Notes: generated from the letters alone by a model not told the origin. A stretch of DNA of 63,899 nt, filler included, from Olpidium bornovanus S191 (GCA_017911155.1; 26 parts of 26 records of this genome joined end to end with filler, not necessarily neighbours in it); one strand, 5' to 3'. Counted from the whole stretch's first letter, positions 47,301 to 60,187 are shown. Numbers and translations: made by a program.

Positions 47301-47551
47301 TGTGAGGACCAATCCGCGCAGGCGGCAAATGACGGTTCGCAGCCAATGTCCGGCGCGGCTGCGCGAACGAACCGCATTCTTGACGGCCTGTACAAGCTCA
47401 CTGAACTAGAAGACGCAGCCCTTGTGCAAGTCATGGTTGCCAGCGTCTACTATTTGACGACGCCTGAAGCAGTTCCAGGTTTGCGTGTGAAGGACAAGAA
47501 AAAGGTATTACTGCGTGAAAATTGTCGCGGAGTCGCAGTCAAAGAAGCTCA
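44388..47551 (+). CDS. SCC3: Cohesin subunit Scc3/Psc3/STAG, 3' truncated
   Basis: DYPLISKSK, WVIAMS|SSFRPFRHTA, RYRDVDPAIRSDCITELASWM, YIGWLLSDK and RFHGRIVDMTLRESD. Confidence 0.93.
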
Positions 47552-49152
47552 NNNNNNNNNNNNNNNNNNNNNNNNNNNNNNNNNNNNNNNNNNNNTTAAT
47601 TAATTAANNNNNNNNNNNNNNNNNNNNNNNNNNNNNNNNNNNNNNNNNNNNCATTGACAAATGGGGGCGTGGGCCTGCTGAATGATTAACATCAACTTCG
47701 CTAACATCGACGACATTGCAGTTTAGTAGCATATCATTTTCTTTTCTGGCTGAGGAAAACTTCTTTTTCATGCGCGATTGCAGGACAGAACGTCCAGTCC
47801 GTACGGCAGCACAGGGCCACTGATTCATGGGCGATTTTTGCTCAAATCACTTCGAACTCCCTATCTAAGTGCGCCTCTTTTTCCTTTTTTTTACGTCTAC
47901 ATCCGCTTGTTCGCTTCGGGTGAGAGTTTTTGGAGAGCGGGAACGGCGCGTGCGAGGAGTCCTCTTCCTTTTGGGAGGCTACGTGTAAATTGCTCTCGCT
48001 CGCTGAAAACACAAGGTTTTGGGTGTGTGGGGGATGGAAAAGCCCTCCTGCGATAACTACTGAGGGCTCTTACGCTTAGCTTCCCAGCGCCTCAATGGGA
48101 ATAAGTCTCCATGTCAACCAAGCCTTTACTTTCCTGCCGCTGATTGAAATTTTAGGCCCGAACTTTAAAATGTTTATGCTAGACTTCCGGCTTTTCGCCG
48201 ATTGGTGTTTCCCGCGTCGCTTCCCCTCCTTTAATCCAGCACTGTGGAAGAATACCCCGCCACGAACGAGATTGACAGGGCTCATTCTCCGGAACACTGA
48301 AGAGGTGCCTCCGAAACGACGAGCGATAGAAGCAAATTAGCGCTTTACGCACGGACTAGAAGAAGGAGAAGGAAGAGAAAGGAGGGAAATGTATGTGGAG
48401 CGGCGGAGGGATAGAAAATGGTGAACGCGTAAAAGTATATTTGATTGGTGGAACACACCCGAGCTGGGGATGTTTTACGGAGAGGTGGCCCCGTCCGCAC
48501 CGGAACTAGTTTCCCAAACAAAACACCCGGAAACCACCCAAACGCGTAGAGCGGAAAAAAAATAGAGAGCGGCCCCCGGTCGCCGAAACCAGTGCAGACG
48601 AAACAGCACAGCCCTTCCGCTGTGTGTAATTTAGAGAGCCTTCAAACGCGAAAACGCGTTTCATAGTCACAGGCCCCTAAGGTTCTTCTTGGACCTGTAG
48701 TACGGCCGAAGCCCTTTCGCTTTTGGACACAGCGCCAAGTGTTCGAACGACCGCAGACGACCACGCGATCGTGGTCAGTAGTTCCGTTTGTCCCTTTGTA
48801 GACCCGTTTAAAGGTTCCTCTGCAAAAACTTTAGAGTGAACAGGCTCGCTAATTTCTGACCGCCACATTTCCCGCTTGCGCTCTGCGCACTTCCCGTCCT
48901 CAGCTGGTTCCAAAACCTTTATTCTGCGTTTCATGTCTGCCGCGAAGTCGGCTTACTTCAAAAAAGAAATTTCGCGAGTTTTGGCCAAAAAATCGCCACG
49001 GAAAATCAGACACAAACTGCCATACCCAAATCAACCCTTCCCTTTCTCCCCCNNNNNNNNNNNNNNNNNNNNNNNNNNNNNNNNNNNNNNNNNNNNTTAA
49101 TTAATTAANNNNNNNNNNNNNNNNNNNNNNNNNNNNNNNNNNNNNNNNNNNN

Positions 49153-50855
49153 CATGCCGGCCTCCTCTGCCCGGTGCCGCGCATACTCCGCGTTGTACAG
49201 CATATCATCCACGGCTTCCTGAGCCGACTCTTTGGCCGCTTCCATCTTCTCCTGCACGGCAACCTTCGCCTTGTGCCCCACGCCCACTGCCGCCTCGCTC
49301 AGCCTGGCGGACATTTCTGCTGCTTCATCACGAAGCACAAATGCACTTTTTTTCACAGCATCCTTCGCCCTATTCGTCAAATCGTAAGCCCCCGAAACCA
49401 TATGACGAATGTCTTCCCCGACGTGCGCCGCCTCCTGTTTCATCTCTTCCCACACCTCCTCCGCGGCCTGCTGGACGCGGTCACGGAGCTGCTGCGCCGT
49501 TAGAGCACTCTTTCGGACCTGTTTAACAAGGTCGTCCGTCCTGGAACGAAGCCGCGTCTCGAACTGTTGCTTCTTCTCAACTGGGACGCGAAGGGCGCTG
49601 CGCAGCGAGTCCGAGAAGCGGCCAACTACTTGGCGTACATACTCTTCGGTTTGTGAGCCGTCGAAGTTCCAAGCTAACTCATCTTGATGGTTTGTGTCGT
49701 CCTGGCCGACAGAGCGGGTCGCAGCGGAGTGAAAACCAATTTTCTCCTTTACTGCATCCCCAAAGTCATGAACTTTCTCGCCAAGCACCTCCATGATCTG
49801 GATAACACGGCCGCGAGGCCTGTAGCCCTGGAGCGGCTTGACGTTTACTTTCAAGACGCCATGGTCAAGCTTTGCCCGTGCCGTCTCCATGTCCGCTTCA
49901 TCAGGGAAACGAATTTCCTCGAACACGTGACGCTCAATGCAGATTGGCTCTGTATGGTTGTGAAACGTTCCCGGTAACCAGTTAACGGGGAAAGCGCAGT
50001 CCACGAGGCAAACTTTGTACTGGCGTACCATTTCGGCCGTCGCCCCTGGTCGGGCAGGTATGCGTCCCGCGAATGGACAGGATAGGACCCATGGAGTAAA
50101 TGTTGACCTCGTCCCGTGTCAATCCGGGTACGTCCATTTGCAGGAGCCAGCCATCCTCGGTATTAATTCTCTCCAAAGCAGTGAATCGCGGCGACTCCCG
50201 GGCATTCCGAAGCGCATCAAAGTAGCGGAGGTCAGGTTTGGCTCCCCGGTGTTCATATACTAAAACTCTTGATAAAGATTCGCCCGCGCCCAATTAAAAG
50301 TCAAGCGTTACGAGGTTATATGCAGCGAAGAGCGACGGACGCGTCAACAGCTACGACCAAAGACAGCAGGCATAGAAGCGGGGCAGCAGTTTGTGGTGGC
50401 AATTATCACGCGACTTACTGTTTATTCGTCAAGAACAAATCCGGGTTTTGGTAAGCATAGAGGACCGCCAAGCCCAGTAAGGCGAGAAAGAGCGCGTAGT
50501 TCCAGAGTGGACGCTCGCGCCGTGGTTCGTAGACCAAGAGCGGGGTACCGTCCTCAGCGACGACCGTGGTAGACCTCATCGCGGCGTAGCAAACCTCGGC
50601 TGGGGCGGCGGCCGACTTAAGCGTTTCCTTTTCGTGCGGACGCTTCATACGTTCCCTCGCCCTAGATTCTCCCTCTGACGACAACGTGCCTAGCGGGGTG
50701 GTCGCCGTGGAGGCGGCGGCGGCCGTCCCGACAAGCACTGTGCGCTGCTTCCTCACGGCGTGCGCCCGTTCCCGCGCCGTTTCCTCGTCCGAGCCGACGC
50801 CGGGTGCGTACTCCTCGCGCGGGTCCGCGGCGCGGCTGTCCGCTGCGACCGTCAT
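49153..50855 (-). CDS. HSP20/alpha-crystallin-domain protein with an upstream TM segment and a LEA/apolipoprotein-like helical C-terminus, 3' truncated
   Basis: Predicted exons 50855-50419, 50267-50029 and 49949-49153. TM segment LWNYALFLALLGLAVLYAY; alpha-crystallin domain WLLQMDVPGLTRDEVNI...LSIRG...EIRFPDEADMETARAKLDHGVLKVNV; then A/E/K-rich amphipathic helices. Confidence 0.75.
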
Positions 50856-51373
50856 CGTATGGCTCCTACTTCCGTTGAGCTCCTTCCGATTTTGCTTCCG
50901 GTCCCGGTGGCGGATAAGCGTGGGGTAATTGTGTTACCGGCAAGCGTGGGGTTTCCACGTGCCGGAGCAAAACGGTTTCTGACGGAGTAAACTGACTTCA
51001 CTGCGGACCTGCACCCGCAAACATTGATTCAAGTCACTGAGAGGAGGAACGGGAAAACTAAACCACGGACGAGGCCGGCGAGTGTATTGCAGACCAGATG
51101 TTATCGCCTCAAAGGCAGCGAAAAGTGGATGCTATCCGGGCATCAGCGGGATCCGTCTGCCCTGTCACCACGAGAGCAAGGTCCGTGTTGACCGCTGTTT
51201 GATGCGTCCTAGCCTCCGTTAATGCTTCTCCGTCTCGTTGACAACTTTCCCGGTGGTCTGTGCGGCCGCCATGNNNNNNNNNNNNNNNNNNNNNNNNNNN
51301 NNNNNNNNNNNNNNNNNTTAATTAATTAANNNNNNNNNNNNNNNNNNNNNNNNNNNNNNNNNNNNNNNNNNNN

Positions 51374-53146
51374 CATGAGAAAGAGCTTGATCGGGTGCGA
51401 CTCGAGGTTGACCGGGATGCGGCCAAGGTGGGAACATGTTTTTTTCCGGCACAACGTCAACCATTATTTCCGGTCGATTTCGCCTTCTGATGCCCCTCGC
51501 GATTTGCGACGCAGAAGGCGAAGACGAGCGAGAAGTTGGAATTCGCGCTAGAAGCAAGGGAGCAGGCAGAGGACCTGCTCAGAAAGCGCCAGCGTGATGA
51601 CCAAGATACTGCGGGCAAATACGAACGGCGCCTCCGCGGCTTTGAGGAGGAGCTCAAGGGCTCGTCCGAGGAGCTCAGGCTCGCGAAACAGACGCTCAGC
51701 GACGTCAGTGCCAAGCACAGGGAAGAGATCTCTGAGAAACAGGCGTTGATCGACAACCTCCGCCACACTCAAAAGCAGGCCGAAGAGCAGATCAAAGCTT
51801 TGGAGAAGTCGCACGAAGAGGCACTCACGAAGATTCGCTTCCTCGCCGGCGAACTGAAAGAGAAACACGAACAGGCGGTGGCCGAGAAGAAGCAAGCCGT
51901 AGAAAAAGCGACTGCAGAGCTAGAACGGGCACGCGCGCAATACAAGGCGGAGCTTGCGTCCTTGGCTCAGGACCTTCGGGCCGCGGTGGCTGAGAAGGAA
52001 CAGGCCGAAGAGCAGATGCACTTGTCGCAGGAGAGGGAGGCCGCCCAGGACGTCCGCATCGAAGAGCTGGTCGCCCTGCTCGAGCTGGCGCAGAAGCGGA
52101 TCTGCGCGCTGCAAAGGCGGCTGGAAGAGTCGTCCGAAGTCATCGCCCGCGAATGCGACGGCCACAAGCGGGCCGCGCAGGAAGCGAAAACGGCCAGGCA
52201 GCTGGCGGAGAAGCAGCTCGGCCAGCTCCAGCTGACATCCCAGAGCGAAAGGTCCGCTCACGAGGAGCTCGTCAAGACCCTCGAGAAATCGCTGGAGGAC
52301 GCGCGCACGGAGGCGAGAGGCTGCGCCACGCACCTGAGCGAGCTGAATCTGCGGTACGCGCAGGAGATGGCCAAGGCACAGGCGCGAGCGGACCAGGCAA
52401 TCGCCGCCCGCGAGAGCGCGGAGGCCGTGTTTGAGAAGCAGCGCTACGAGCTTATTGCCCACGCCTCGCGGGCCGAGTCCGAGGCCAGCGACCTCAAAAG
52501 AAGACTGAAGGAAATGCGGAACGAGGTCGTCGCCGCGGAGGACAAGTTGCGCGAGCAGCTCAGCAAGGCTATCAGCGCCGAGACGGCGCGTGACAGCGTT
52601 CGACAACAGCTTGCTGCCAAAGGTTCCGAAATTGCGCAGATCAAGGAGAAGCTCCGCAAAGTCGAGAAAAGCAAATCTGCGGAAGCGGAAAATCTGCGGA
52701 GCGCGCTCCTCGCCGGCGGCGAAGAGGTCGAGAGGCTGAGAAAGGAGTCGGATAAGCAGAAACGTCTGGTCGGCGAGCTCAAGCAGGCTCTGGAACGACG
52801 AGAGTCCGAATTCTCCGCCCGGACGCGCCGCTTGGAGAAGCAGCTCCTGAAGAGGGAGAAGGAGCTGGCCGCGGTGATCAGCGCGATGAAGAAGAAGCAG
52901 GTTGACCTTGACCATGCGTACGACGAGGTCGCGGGATTGGAAGAGGTCAAGGAAAACATGTCTATCCGGCTTCTTTCCTACGAGGAGGACGCGTCCCAGA
53001 CAGTGCAGAGTCTGGAGGCGGAGATAGATTGTCTTTCGTCGGAACGGAAGCGACTTCGCGATGAACTCCATGGCTGCAGATTAACTTTGGAGTCCACCGA
53101 AGAGGCTTTGGCAAAGATGAAACGTAACGCGAGTCCTCATCGATGA
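51374..53146 (+). CDS. Long coiled-coil protein, fragment
   Basis: A short exon at 51374-51427, then an E/K/A/R/L-rich heptad ORF of more than 530 codons from about 51515. No catalytic domain. Confidence 0.75.
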
Positions 53147-55695
53147 GAGTGGTTCGCATAATCCGATATTTCATTGGATCACGGTTTTTCTTTAAATTAT
53201 TAGCTGGATGATCCGACATTTTGGGATTCTTGGGGAATCCGTAATGCCACATGCGACGCTGGAGAAATTTAATTAGAAGATCTGCATCGGTACATTAAAC
53301 GTGGTCATTGTGTGCAGATTTTATCATAGGTCTCTGATGCTTTCCTTGCGAAAATTTCCTAAACGGTTCTTTCCAACAGAAGTAGATACCTGTATCATTT
53401 TTGAAACATGTTACAATGTGTACTCATCTGGCAGAAAAACTAAAACTGCGAGTCCAGTACTTGTTTCCAAAGCAATGCTGTGGTTTTGCAAAAAACTGCT
53501 TAAGTTGATACAGTCTTTGCAAGAACACCACTGTCGCGTTTGAAATATACTTGTGCTGGCGTGCCATTAGCTTGACAATTGCGGTCTCTGACGGACCGGT
53601 TCCCTGAGTTCCATTTGTCTGGTAACGGCGTTTGGTGAGATGTATTAGATGATGGGGTGTATCCAACTGCATTCCTTGCGCAGCCGCAAACCGGCAACGA
53701 ACTCAGCTTGCAAGATGTTGTTGCCACGCATTTCTGCCTGGCCCCCTTGAGCACCACAACATTGGCCCTCCATTGTAAACCATTATGTCGCCCGTGGCTG
53801 CCTTTGCTTCACGACAATTGGCCCAAGTGGCGTCAAAATACGTGATAATACCTGTGTTTTGCCTTGTCTGGTCCAGTAACATAGATCCCGTGACTTACAG
53901 TGCCAGGAGGTACCGCAGCGTTCGCTTTGGAGACCCCCAATGGCGTCTTTTGGGTGTCGCACGACGTCTTGCCAATAAGACACTGCAAATGCCAAGTCCG
54001 GCCGCATCACACGGGATTTCTGGAAGAATTGGACGGAACACGGCCGAAGATTTGTACCCGGGGAAAAAGAGGCCTTCCAAATCATGTTGTAGCATGATTT
54101 CGATGTCCTCCAGAGTAGCCGAGTTCACAGGGGTGCGGCGAGACTCCTTCATGATGGAATCCAGCTTGTCTGCCCCAAACTCGCTCGTGAGAATATTTTG
54201 GCGACGGGGGAGGACGGAGTACGAAACGAATCCAATTCTGGAGGATCAGATGGTAAAGGTTGCGGAAGTAGCTCGAGAGACGGTCGAAGAGATGGCTCAT
54301 GAGCGATATGAACCGGACGCTTTGCGCACCTACGATGAAGGGTTCTGTTTTCCTTCCTGAGAATTGTCTCTATATCGCGCCGCATTTACTCCAAATTTCT
54401 TTGCAAGTCACAAGAATAATAATTGTTTTCGAGCAAGCGGCCCTTGAACTACGACGGCCCTGATTCCTCGATGACGATATGTAGGCAGTTTATGATCCAT
54501 GGGAAATCTTGGGGAGATGCGGGGAAAAGACTGATTTCGTTATGCACTGACCTACCGAGAGGCTGCAAATCATGCGCGATTAAAGGGTACGTACTTGGGA
54601 CCGGACCAAACTCGGTCTCTGATCCCGCTTGCTAATAGTGCTACCTGCAGCAGAATGGCCGGTCAGGTCGGAAACTGGGAGAGTGGTGCCCCGAGACCCC
54701 GACGGTCAGACAATCACTGAGTGACTGTCAACGGTGCTGGGACAAGGGATTACTCGTCAGTTTTACTATTGTAAGATCAACCGCGAATGCGCAATGTTTA
54801 TTTTGATCTTTCTCGGCAGGTTCGTAACTGACCGCGGCAGCCGTCTCAACTATAGCCACAACAGTGGCAACGACGCGCGAGAAACCGAAAAGATGAGTGT
54901 GACATCTGCGCCGCCAACTAGTCGGTCGGGCTCAGTCAGCTACTCGTGCGGGGGGGGGGGGGGGGGGGGGGGNNNNNNNNNNNNNNNNNNNNNNNNNNNN
55001 NNNNNNNNNNNNNNNNTTAATTAATTAANNNNNNNNNNNNNNNNNNNNNNNNNNNNNNNNNNNNNNNNNNNNAGCCGGTTCCGGTTTGCGACGGCGGTTG
55101 GAGGACCCTCCCGTGGTAAGTTTGAAAGCCTGCAGCGCGTCCTTAATCTGTTTTCTCTTCTCCGGCGCCGCGTCGCGTTTTACGCTTCACAATATTGTCG
55201 TCGGTCAAAGCCAGTCGCCGGCCGAAAATCGAGACGGCGCCGATGGATAACTCTCCGTGATATTTCCTCGGTTTCCCCGACTGATCGTCTTTCGTTCGAA
55301 CAGGGCTCCGCCCCATCGCGAAGCTTCCCGGGCCGGGACCGTCCGGATTTTGGGTCGGCTCGTCAACCGCCCCGCCGAAAGGTTCGGAGGGCTTAAGGAG
55401 CAGTGGGACGAGCAGCTGCTCCCTTCCTTTTCAGGAAACGTGCCCCTCGTTGGAAGTCCTGACGGCCGTTCCGCCGTTTACGATTTGTTGCTCAACACTA
55501 TTTTTATATATTAGTCTTAAATATTGATATAAACGTCTGTACCTAGGCCCGCTTCAAGGGCAAGCACAGGCACGACGTCCCCATGCGCGTCCTGTGGAAC
55601 CAACATCGCCGTTCAAGACAGCCCCGTCGAGAGATAGCCGTTGCTCAATTTGTCCAATCAGATTATAATCCCTGTAAATGCAGAGGGAAACGTCA

Positions 55696-55739
55696 TGGCG
55701 CCAGTTACTATAGCTTTTGGCGCCAGTTACTATAGCTTT
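55696..55739 (+). repeat. Perfect 2 x 22-bp tandem duplication (TGGCGCCAGTTACTATAGCTTT)
   Basis: Read directly from the sequence; followed by ATGACTCAT (an AP-1/Gcn4 consensus) at 55743-55751. Confidence 0.9.
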
Positions 55740-56470
55740 TTCATGACTCATGCGCAAACACACTTTTGCTTTTGATCAATGCGCACTAGCTGCACCAAGT
55801 CTTGCGTCGGCTGTCCCATGTCAGATACGGCCGTCGTGCATCTGCCGATTGTCAGACGCTAAATGTCGGAATGTCCGATGTCGGTGATTTTGTAAGCAGG
55901 TAGTCGGCTCGTACAGGGTAGATTCGAGGAATTGGTGCACAACTGGTGCATAAAGATGGATTCTGGTTTTGGTCCGGACTTCTCTCCAAGATGGATTCTG
56001 GTTCTGCGCACGGGCTCTCTCACGCTTGCTCTCTCGCCCCCGCCCCCCAAACAGGCCCTCCGCCCCTCCTTCTCTCCGCAACCGGCCCCTCCGCTTCCGT
56101 TCGCTACGCGTCTCCGCCTCCTCCGTTCGTTCGCTTACGCACTTCATCCTCCGTTCGTTTCGCTCATCCTCTGTCCTTCGCTACGCGTCACCGCCTCGGT
56201 TTGCTCGCTACGCGCTTCCGCCTTCGTACGTTCGTTACCGCTTCCGTTTGTTTCGTACCTCCGCCTCTCTTCGCCTGGCGCCTCGGCCTCTGTTTACTTT
56301 GCGCCTCCNNNNNNNNNNNNNNNNNNNNNNNNNNNNNNNNNNNNNNNNNNNNTTAATTAATTAANNNNNNNNNNNNNNNNNNNNNNNNNNNNNNNNNNNN
56401 NNNNNNNNCATGAAAAAGTGAGAGGGAACCCGATGCGCCGCCGCACGCGGCCGGGCGCGGCGGGGCCCGG

Positions 56471-57349
56471 TCACGCGTAGACGACGGTGTAGAAGACGCC
56501 CAGGGCGGTGAGCGCGCTCCAGGCCTGCGGCAGGGCCTCGAGCAGGAGGCCGTAGGCCGCGAACACGACGGACAGCTTCGCCATCCTCGACCACGAGTAC
56601 CGGGCGGCGACGGCGACGGAGACGACGTCGGAGATGAAGATGTGGTGGGCCTTCCACGGGTCGGGGACGGCCGGGAGGACGACGTACATGTACACGCGGC
56701 CCTTGGTGAACGTCGAGAGGTAGTTGTAGAGCGTGCGGGCCGCCCTCCGGTGCGCCGCCATGTCGCCCCGCCGGGCGGTGGCGGCGACCTGGACGACGCA
56801 CTTGACCGTCGCGGTGAAAGTCATACAGTAGAACGCGGTCCGCGCCGCGCGGTAGTCGACCACGAAGGCGTTCATCATCAGGATCGTCGGCGAGTGCACC
56901 AGGAGCTGGTTCGCCAGCACGACGTAGCCCAGCGCCCTGTGCGCCGCGGACCGGGGGCTGCCCGTTTCGGACCGGCCCGGCCGCGCCGCCGCGGTGGCCC
57001 GCAGCTGGTTCCCGCACTGGTGCCGCATCCCGAACAGCGACACCAGCCCCGCAAAGAAGTGCACCAGGAGGATCGGCCGCTTGTAGTGCTCCAGGTACCC
57101 CGGCAAGACCACCCACTGCCGGTGGAACCAGTAGGCGATGTTCGGGTCTCCGGGGGGCTGGAAGAAGAGCGTGTTCACCGTGTTTACCACAATGAACAGC
57201 TCGACGAGGAGGTACACCGCGTCAGCGACCCGGAACTTCAATCTCGTGAAGTGATTTGCTCGATCCACGAGCGACCTTTCGGAAAAACGGGCGCGCGTCA
57301 GCCGGGTGAAGAGCTTTTGCAAGCCGGGAATCGACGAAGGAACGCGGCG
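56471..57349 (-). CDS. Multi-pass membrane protein, DUF2306-like
   Basis: LVHFFAGLVSLFGMRHQ, AHRALGYVV and ARRGDMAAHRR resemble the conserved DUF2306 His/Arg motifs. No intron seen; the start is lost in a poly-T run. Confidence 0.55.
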   Translation of the reverse strand, partial: RRVPSSIPGLQKLFTRLTRARFSERSLVDRANHFTRLKFRVADAVYLLVELFIVVNTVNTLFFQPPGDPNIAYWFHRQWVVLPGYLEHYKRPILLVHFFAGLVSLFGMRHQCGNQLRATAAARPGRSETGSPRSAAHRALGYVVLANQLLVHSPTILMMNAFVVDYRAARTAFYCMTFTATVKCVVQVAATARRGDMAAHRRAARTLYNYLSTFTKGRVYMYVVLPAVPDPWKAHHIFISDVVSVAVAARYSWSRMAKLSVVFAAYGLLLEALPQAWSALTALGVFYTVVYA

Positions 57350-57408
<59 letters not shown>

Positions 57409-57523
57409 CCCGCAAAAAAAAAANNNNNNNNNNNNNNNNNNNNNNNNNNNNNNNNNNNNNNNNNNNNTTAATTAATTAANNNNNNNNNNNNNNNNNNNNN
57501 NNNNNNNNNNNNNNNNNNNNNNN

Positions 57524-58227
57524 ACGACTACATCGCTCCCGTGATCCAGCAAGCGCTGCACCAGGCGTACGTGACAGCGGAGCCGGCGGCACAGGTGCGG
57601 CACCAGCCCCAGCTGGACACCAGCCACGTGCAGAACGACTACATTGCTCCCGTGATCCAGCAAGCGCTGCACCAGGCGTACGTGACAACGGGGCCGGCGG
57701 CAGAGGCGCGGTACCAGCCCCAGGCGGACGCCAGCCACGCGCGGAACCACTACATCGTTCCCGTGATCCACCAAGCGGAGTCGCTGACGGTGGTGCCGCT
57801 GACGCAAGCTTTCCCGGAAGGCCCCGCGCGGTTGCCGAGGATAGGGAGCCGGGACTCCGACGTCTCGACGCTACTCCTCGCCAAGGCGCAATCCGCAGCG
57901 CCGCAGCCTCCGTCCGCGGTCCTGGGCGGCTCACACGAGAGCGGCCGCGGCGCGAGCGGCGCGCCTCAGCAGTACGAGCGCCCGACGGCCCACCGTCCGC
58001 CCGACGCCCGCGCCGACCCTGCGGCCTGGCCGCCGCCGGGCGCGTTCCAACGCGGGTACGCGGACGAAGACGGCGACGGGAAAAGCGACGACGGCGACGG
58101 GAAAAGCGACGACGGCGCGTCCACCATCACGCCCATGGACTCGATCTCGCAAATCGGGTCGCGGGACTCCGACGACGAGCGTCCGTACCGCTGCCCCGCG
58201 TACGGCGGCGGCCCCGCGCCGGGATAT

Positions 58228-58260
<33 letters not shown>

Positions 58261-58596
58261 TACTACGAAACCCCTCCGGACGCGGCGCACTACCGCGATC
58301 CCGCGGCGCCGAGGCCCGGGCGGGCCGGAGCCTGGGACTACCAAACCGCCGCCCAACCGCCGCAAAGCTACCAGGCCGCGCCGCAGCCGCAAGGCTACCC
58401 GGGCCCGCCGCAACCGCAGGGCTACCCGGGCGCCCCGCGGCCGCAGAATTCCCCGGCCGCGCCGCCACCGCAAAGCTACACGTTCCCGCCGCCCCCGCAG
58501 AGCTACCTGCGGCCGCCGCAGTCGTGGCCCGACGGCGGCCCACCCGAGCGCTACAGGGCGCCTTACCCTCCTCAAAACGACCGTGTACTATTTTAA
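57524..58596 (+). CDS. C-terminal part of a tandem-repeat, Pro/Gln/Tyr-rich protein
   Basis: Open from the contig edge to TAA at 58596. Contains 111-bp (37-aa) repeats at 57524, 57634 and 57745, a 21-bp duplication at 58069-58110, and 9-aa P(Q/P)PQ(G/S)Y repeats. Confidence 0.6.
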
Positions 58597-58750
58597 ACAC
58601 CTTTACATACGGCTACGGTAAAACGTCCTCCCGTTCCCGTTTTCTTTTTAGAAGAACGCGAGAGACCGTTTTCCGCCGCCCTGGTAATGAGGGAGAGAGA
58701 AAAAGGGGGGGGGGGGGGGGGGGGGGGGTTGGGGGGGGGGGGGGGGGGGC

Positions 58751-58809
<59 letters not shown>

Positions 58810-58909
58810 NNNNNNNNNNNNNNNNNNNNNNNNNNNNNNNNNNNNNNNNNNNNTTAATTAATTAANNNNNNNNNNNNNNNNNNNNNNNNNNNNNNNNNNN
58901 NNNNNNNNN

Positions 58910-59530
58910 CATGAAGAAGGATCGCGGCGAGAGTGTCAGAACGGTCTCAAACAGAGCGGTCACGTCTGAAACTAATGACTCCATCAAGGGTTGACATCAT
59001 TGCGGAACAAGCCCTTGCGTCTATGTTTTCAGCGGAGACCAAGACTAAGTTTGCCTCCTAATCGTGGTGTACGTCGACGACTTGTTGTCGACGGGACCAG
59101 ACGAGAAGATCATACACGCAATTTGAGAAAAACCTGGAAGAGAAGTTCAAGATGTCGGAAAGAGAAGAGCTGTTCTTCATTGTGGGAATTAGCGCAACGG
59201 AGCAGAAATTGGTTCTGTCACAATGGACCAAAGGCGCTACGCGGAACAGGTGCTGGCGAGGTTCGGCGTGACGGAAGCGAACCAAGGCAGTACCCAAGTC
59301 GAGCACACGTCCCTCCAAGCGTTGGCGACGGAAGACGAGACAAGCAATGAAGGGCGCTACGCGGAAGCTGTCGGATTAATCATGCGAATAACCACCATGA
59401 TTCGGCCGGACCTCGACTCGGTGCGGAGTTTTTGCCGTGATTCACGCCAACGCCCACGAGTCGGCGTCAGGAGTCTGAAAAGGGCGTTGCGCTACATACA
59501 AGGTACCATGGGACACGGGATTTGGTTTAA
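58910..59530 (+). pseudogene. Degenerate Ty1/copia reverse transcriptase
   Basis: GLKQSGHV*N, PCVY, LIVVYVDDLL (YVDD at 59070-59081), DQRRYAEQVLARFG, IRPDL and LKRALRYIQGT; in-frame stops and frameshifts. Confidence 0.88.
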
Positions 59531-60187
59531 TTTGCAGGAGCAATTTTTATTTTATTTTATTTTATTTTTTCAGATTCCTTGGAGGTCCATACATTTTTTT
59601 TTTTGTAATTCCGCCCTGTGAGGCGGGCGGGGTGTCTGAAAAAGGAGCCACATTACAAGTTTGAAAAGGTGGACATCAAGGGCCAGCTGCTCCCCATACA
59701 AAACAGACCGGACGGACATGACGTAACTAGTTCCGTCGAAGAGGCTTCCTCTGCTTCCCGCCTCGCCTTGGGTCGTCGCATTCGCACGTTCCTCGTCCTC
59801 CTCTTCCTCCGCCGGCGGAGTTTTTCGTTGTTGTGTGGTGGCAATCCGGCTACTCTTCCCCGTTGCTCTCTTCGGCGAACCGGACAAACGAAAATATTTG
59901 CGACAACGCTCCGCCCCGCTTTTCTGCAACCCCGTCTGCGCTGGCGCTGCGCTCGGCAGAACTTCCCCGCCGCAGTTCGAGCCCGCCTTGTCGCGGACCG
60001 CTGACCTTCCTGCGACACGGAAAACCGGGCCCCTGAACCCCACGCCGCCGCGGCGCCCCGTCGCCTCGTTTAGGGCCGGAGCTAGAGGGTCTTCCCCGCC
60101 CGCCTCCGCCGAAGCAGAGCCTCGGAGACGGAGTGAGAGAGACGAGAGAAAGAGAGAGAGAGAGGGAGAGAGAGACCGGCCCGACCC

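Noticed and set aside
47652-49052. Short ORFs and possible ncRNA in this contig
   Set aside because: No protein motif, tRNA, snRNA or snoRNA box structure recognised; probably promoter, UTR or intron DNA.
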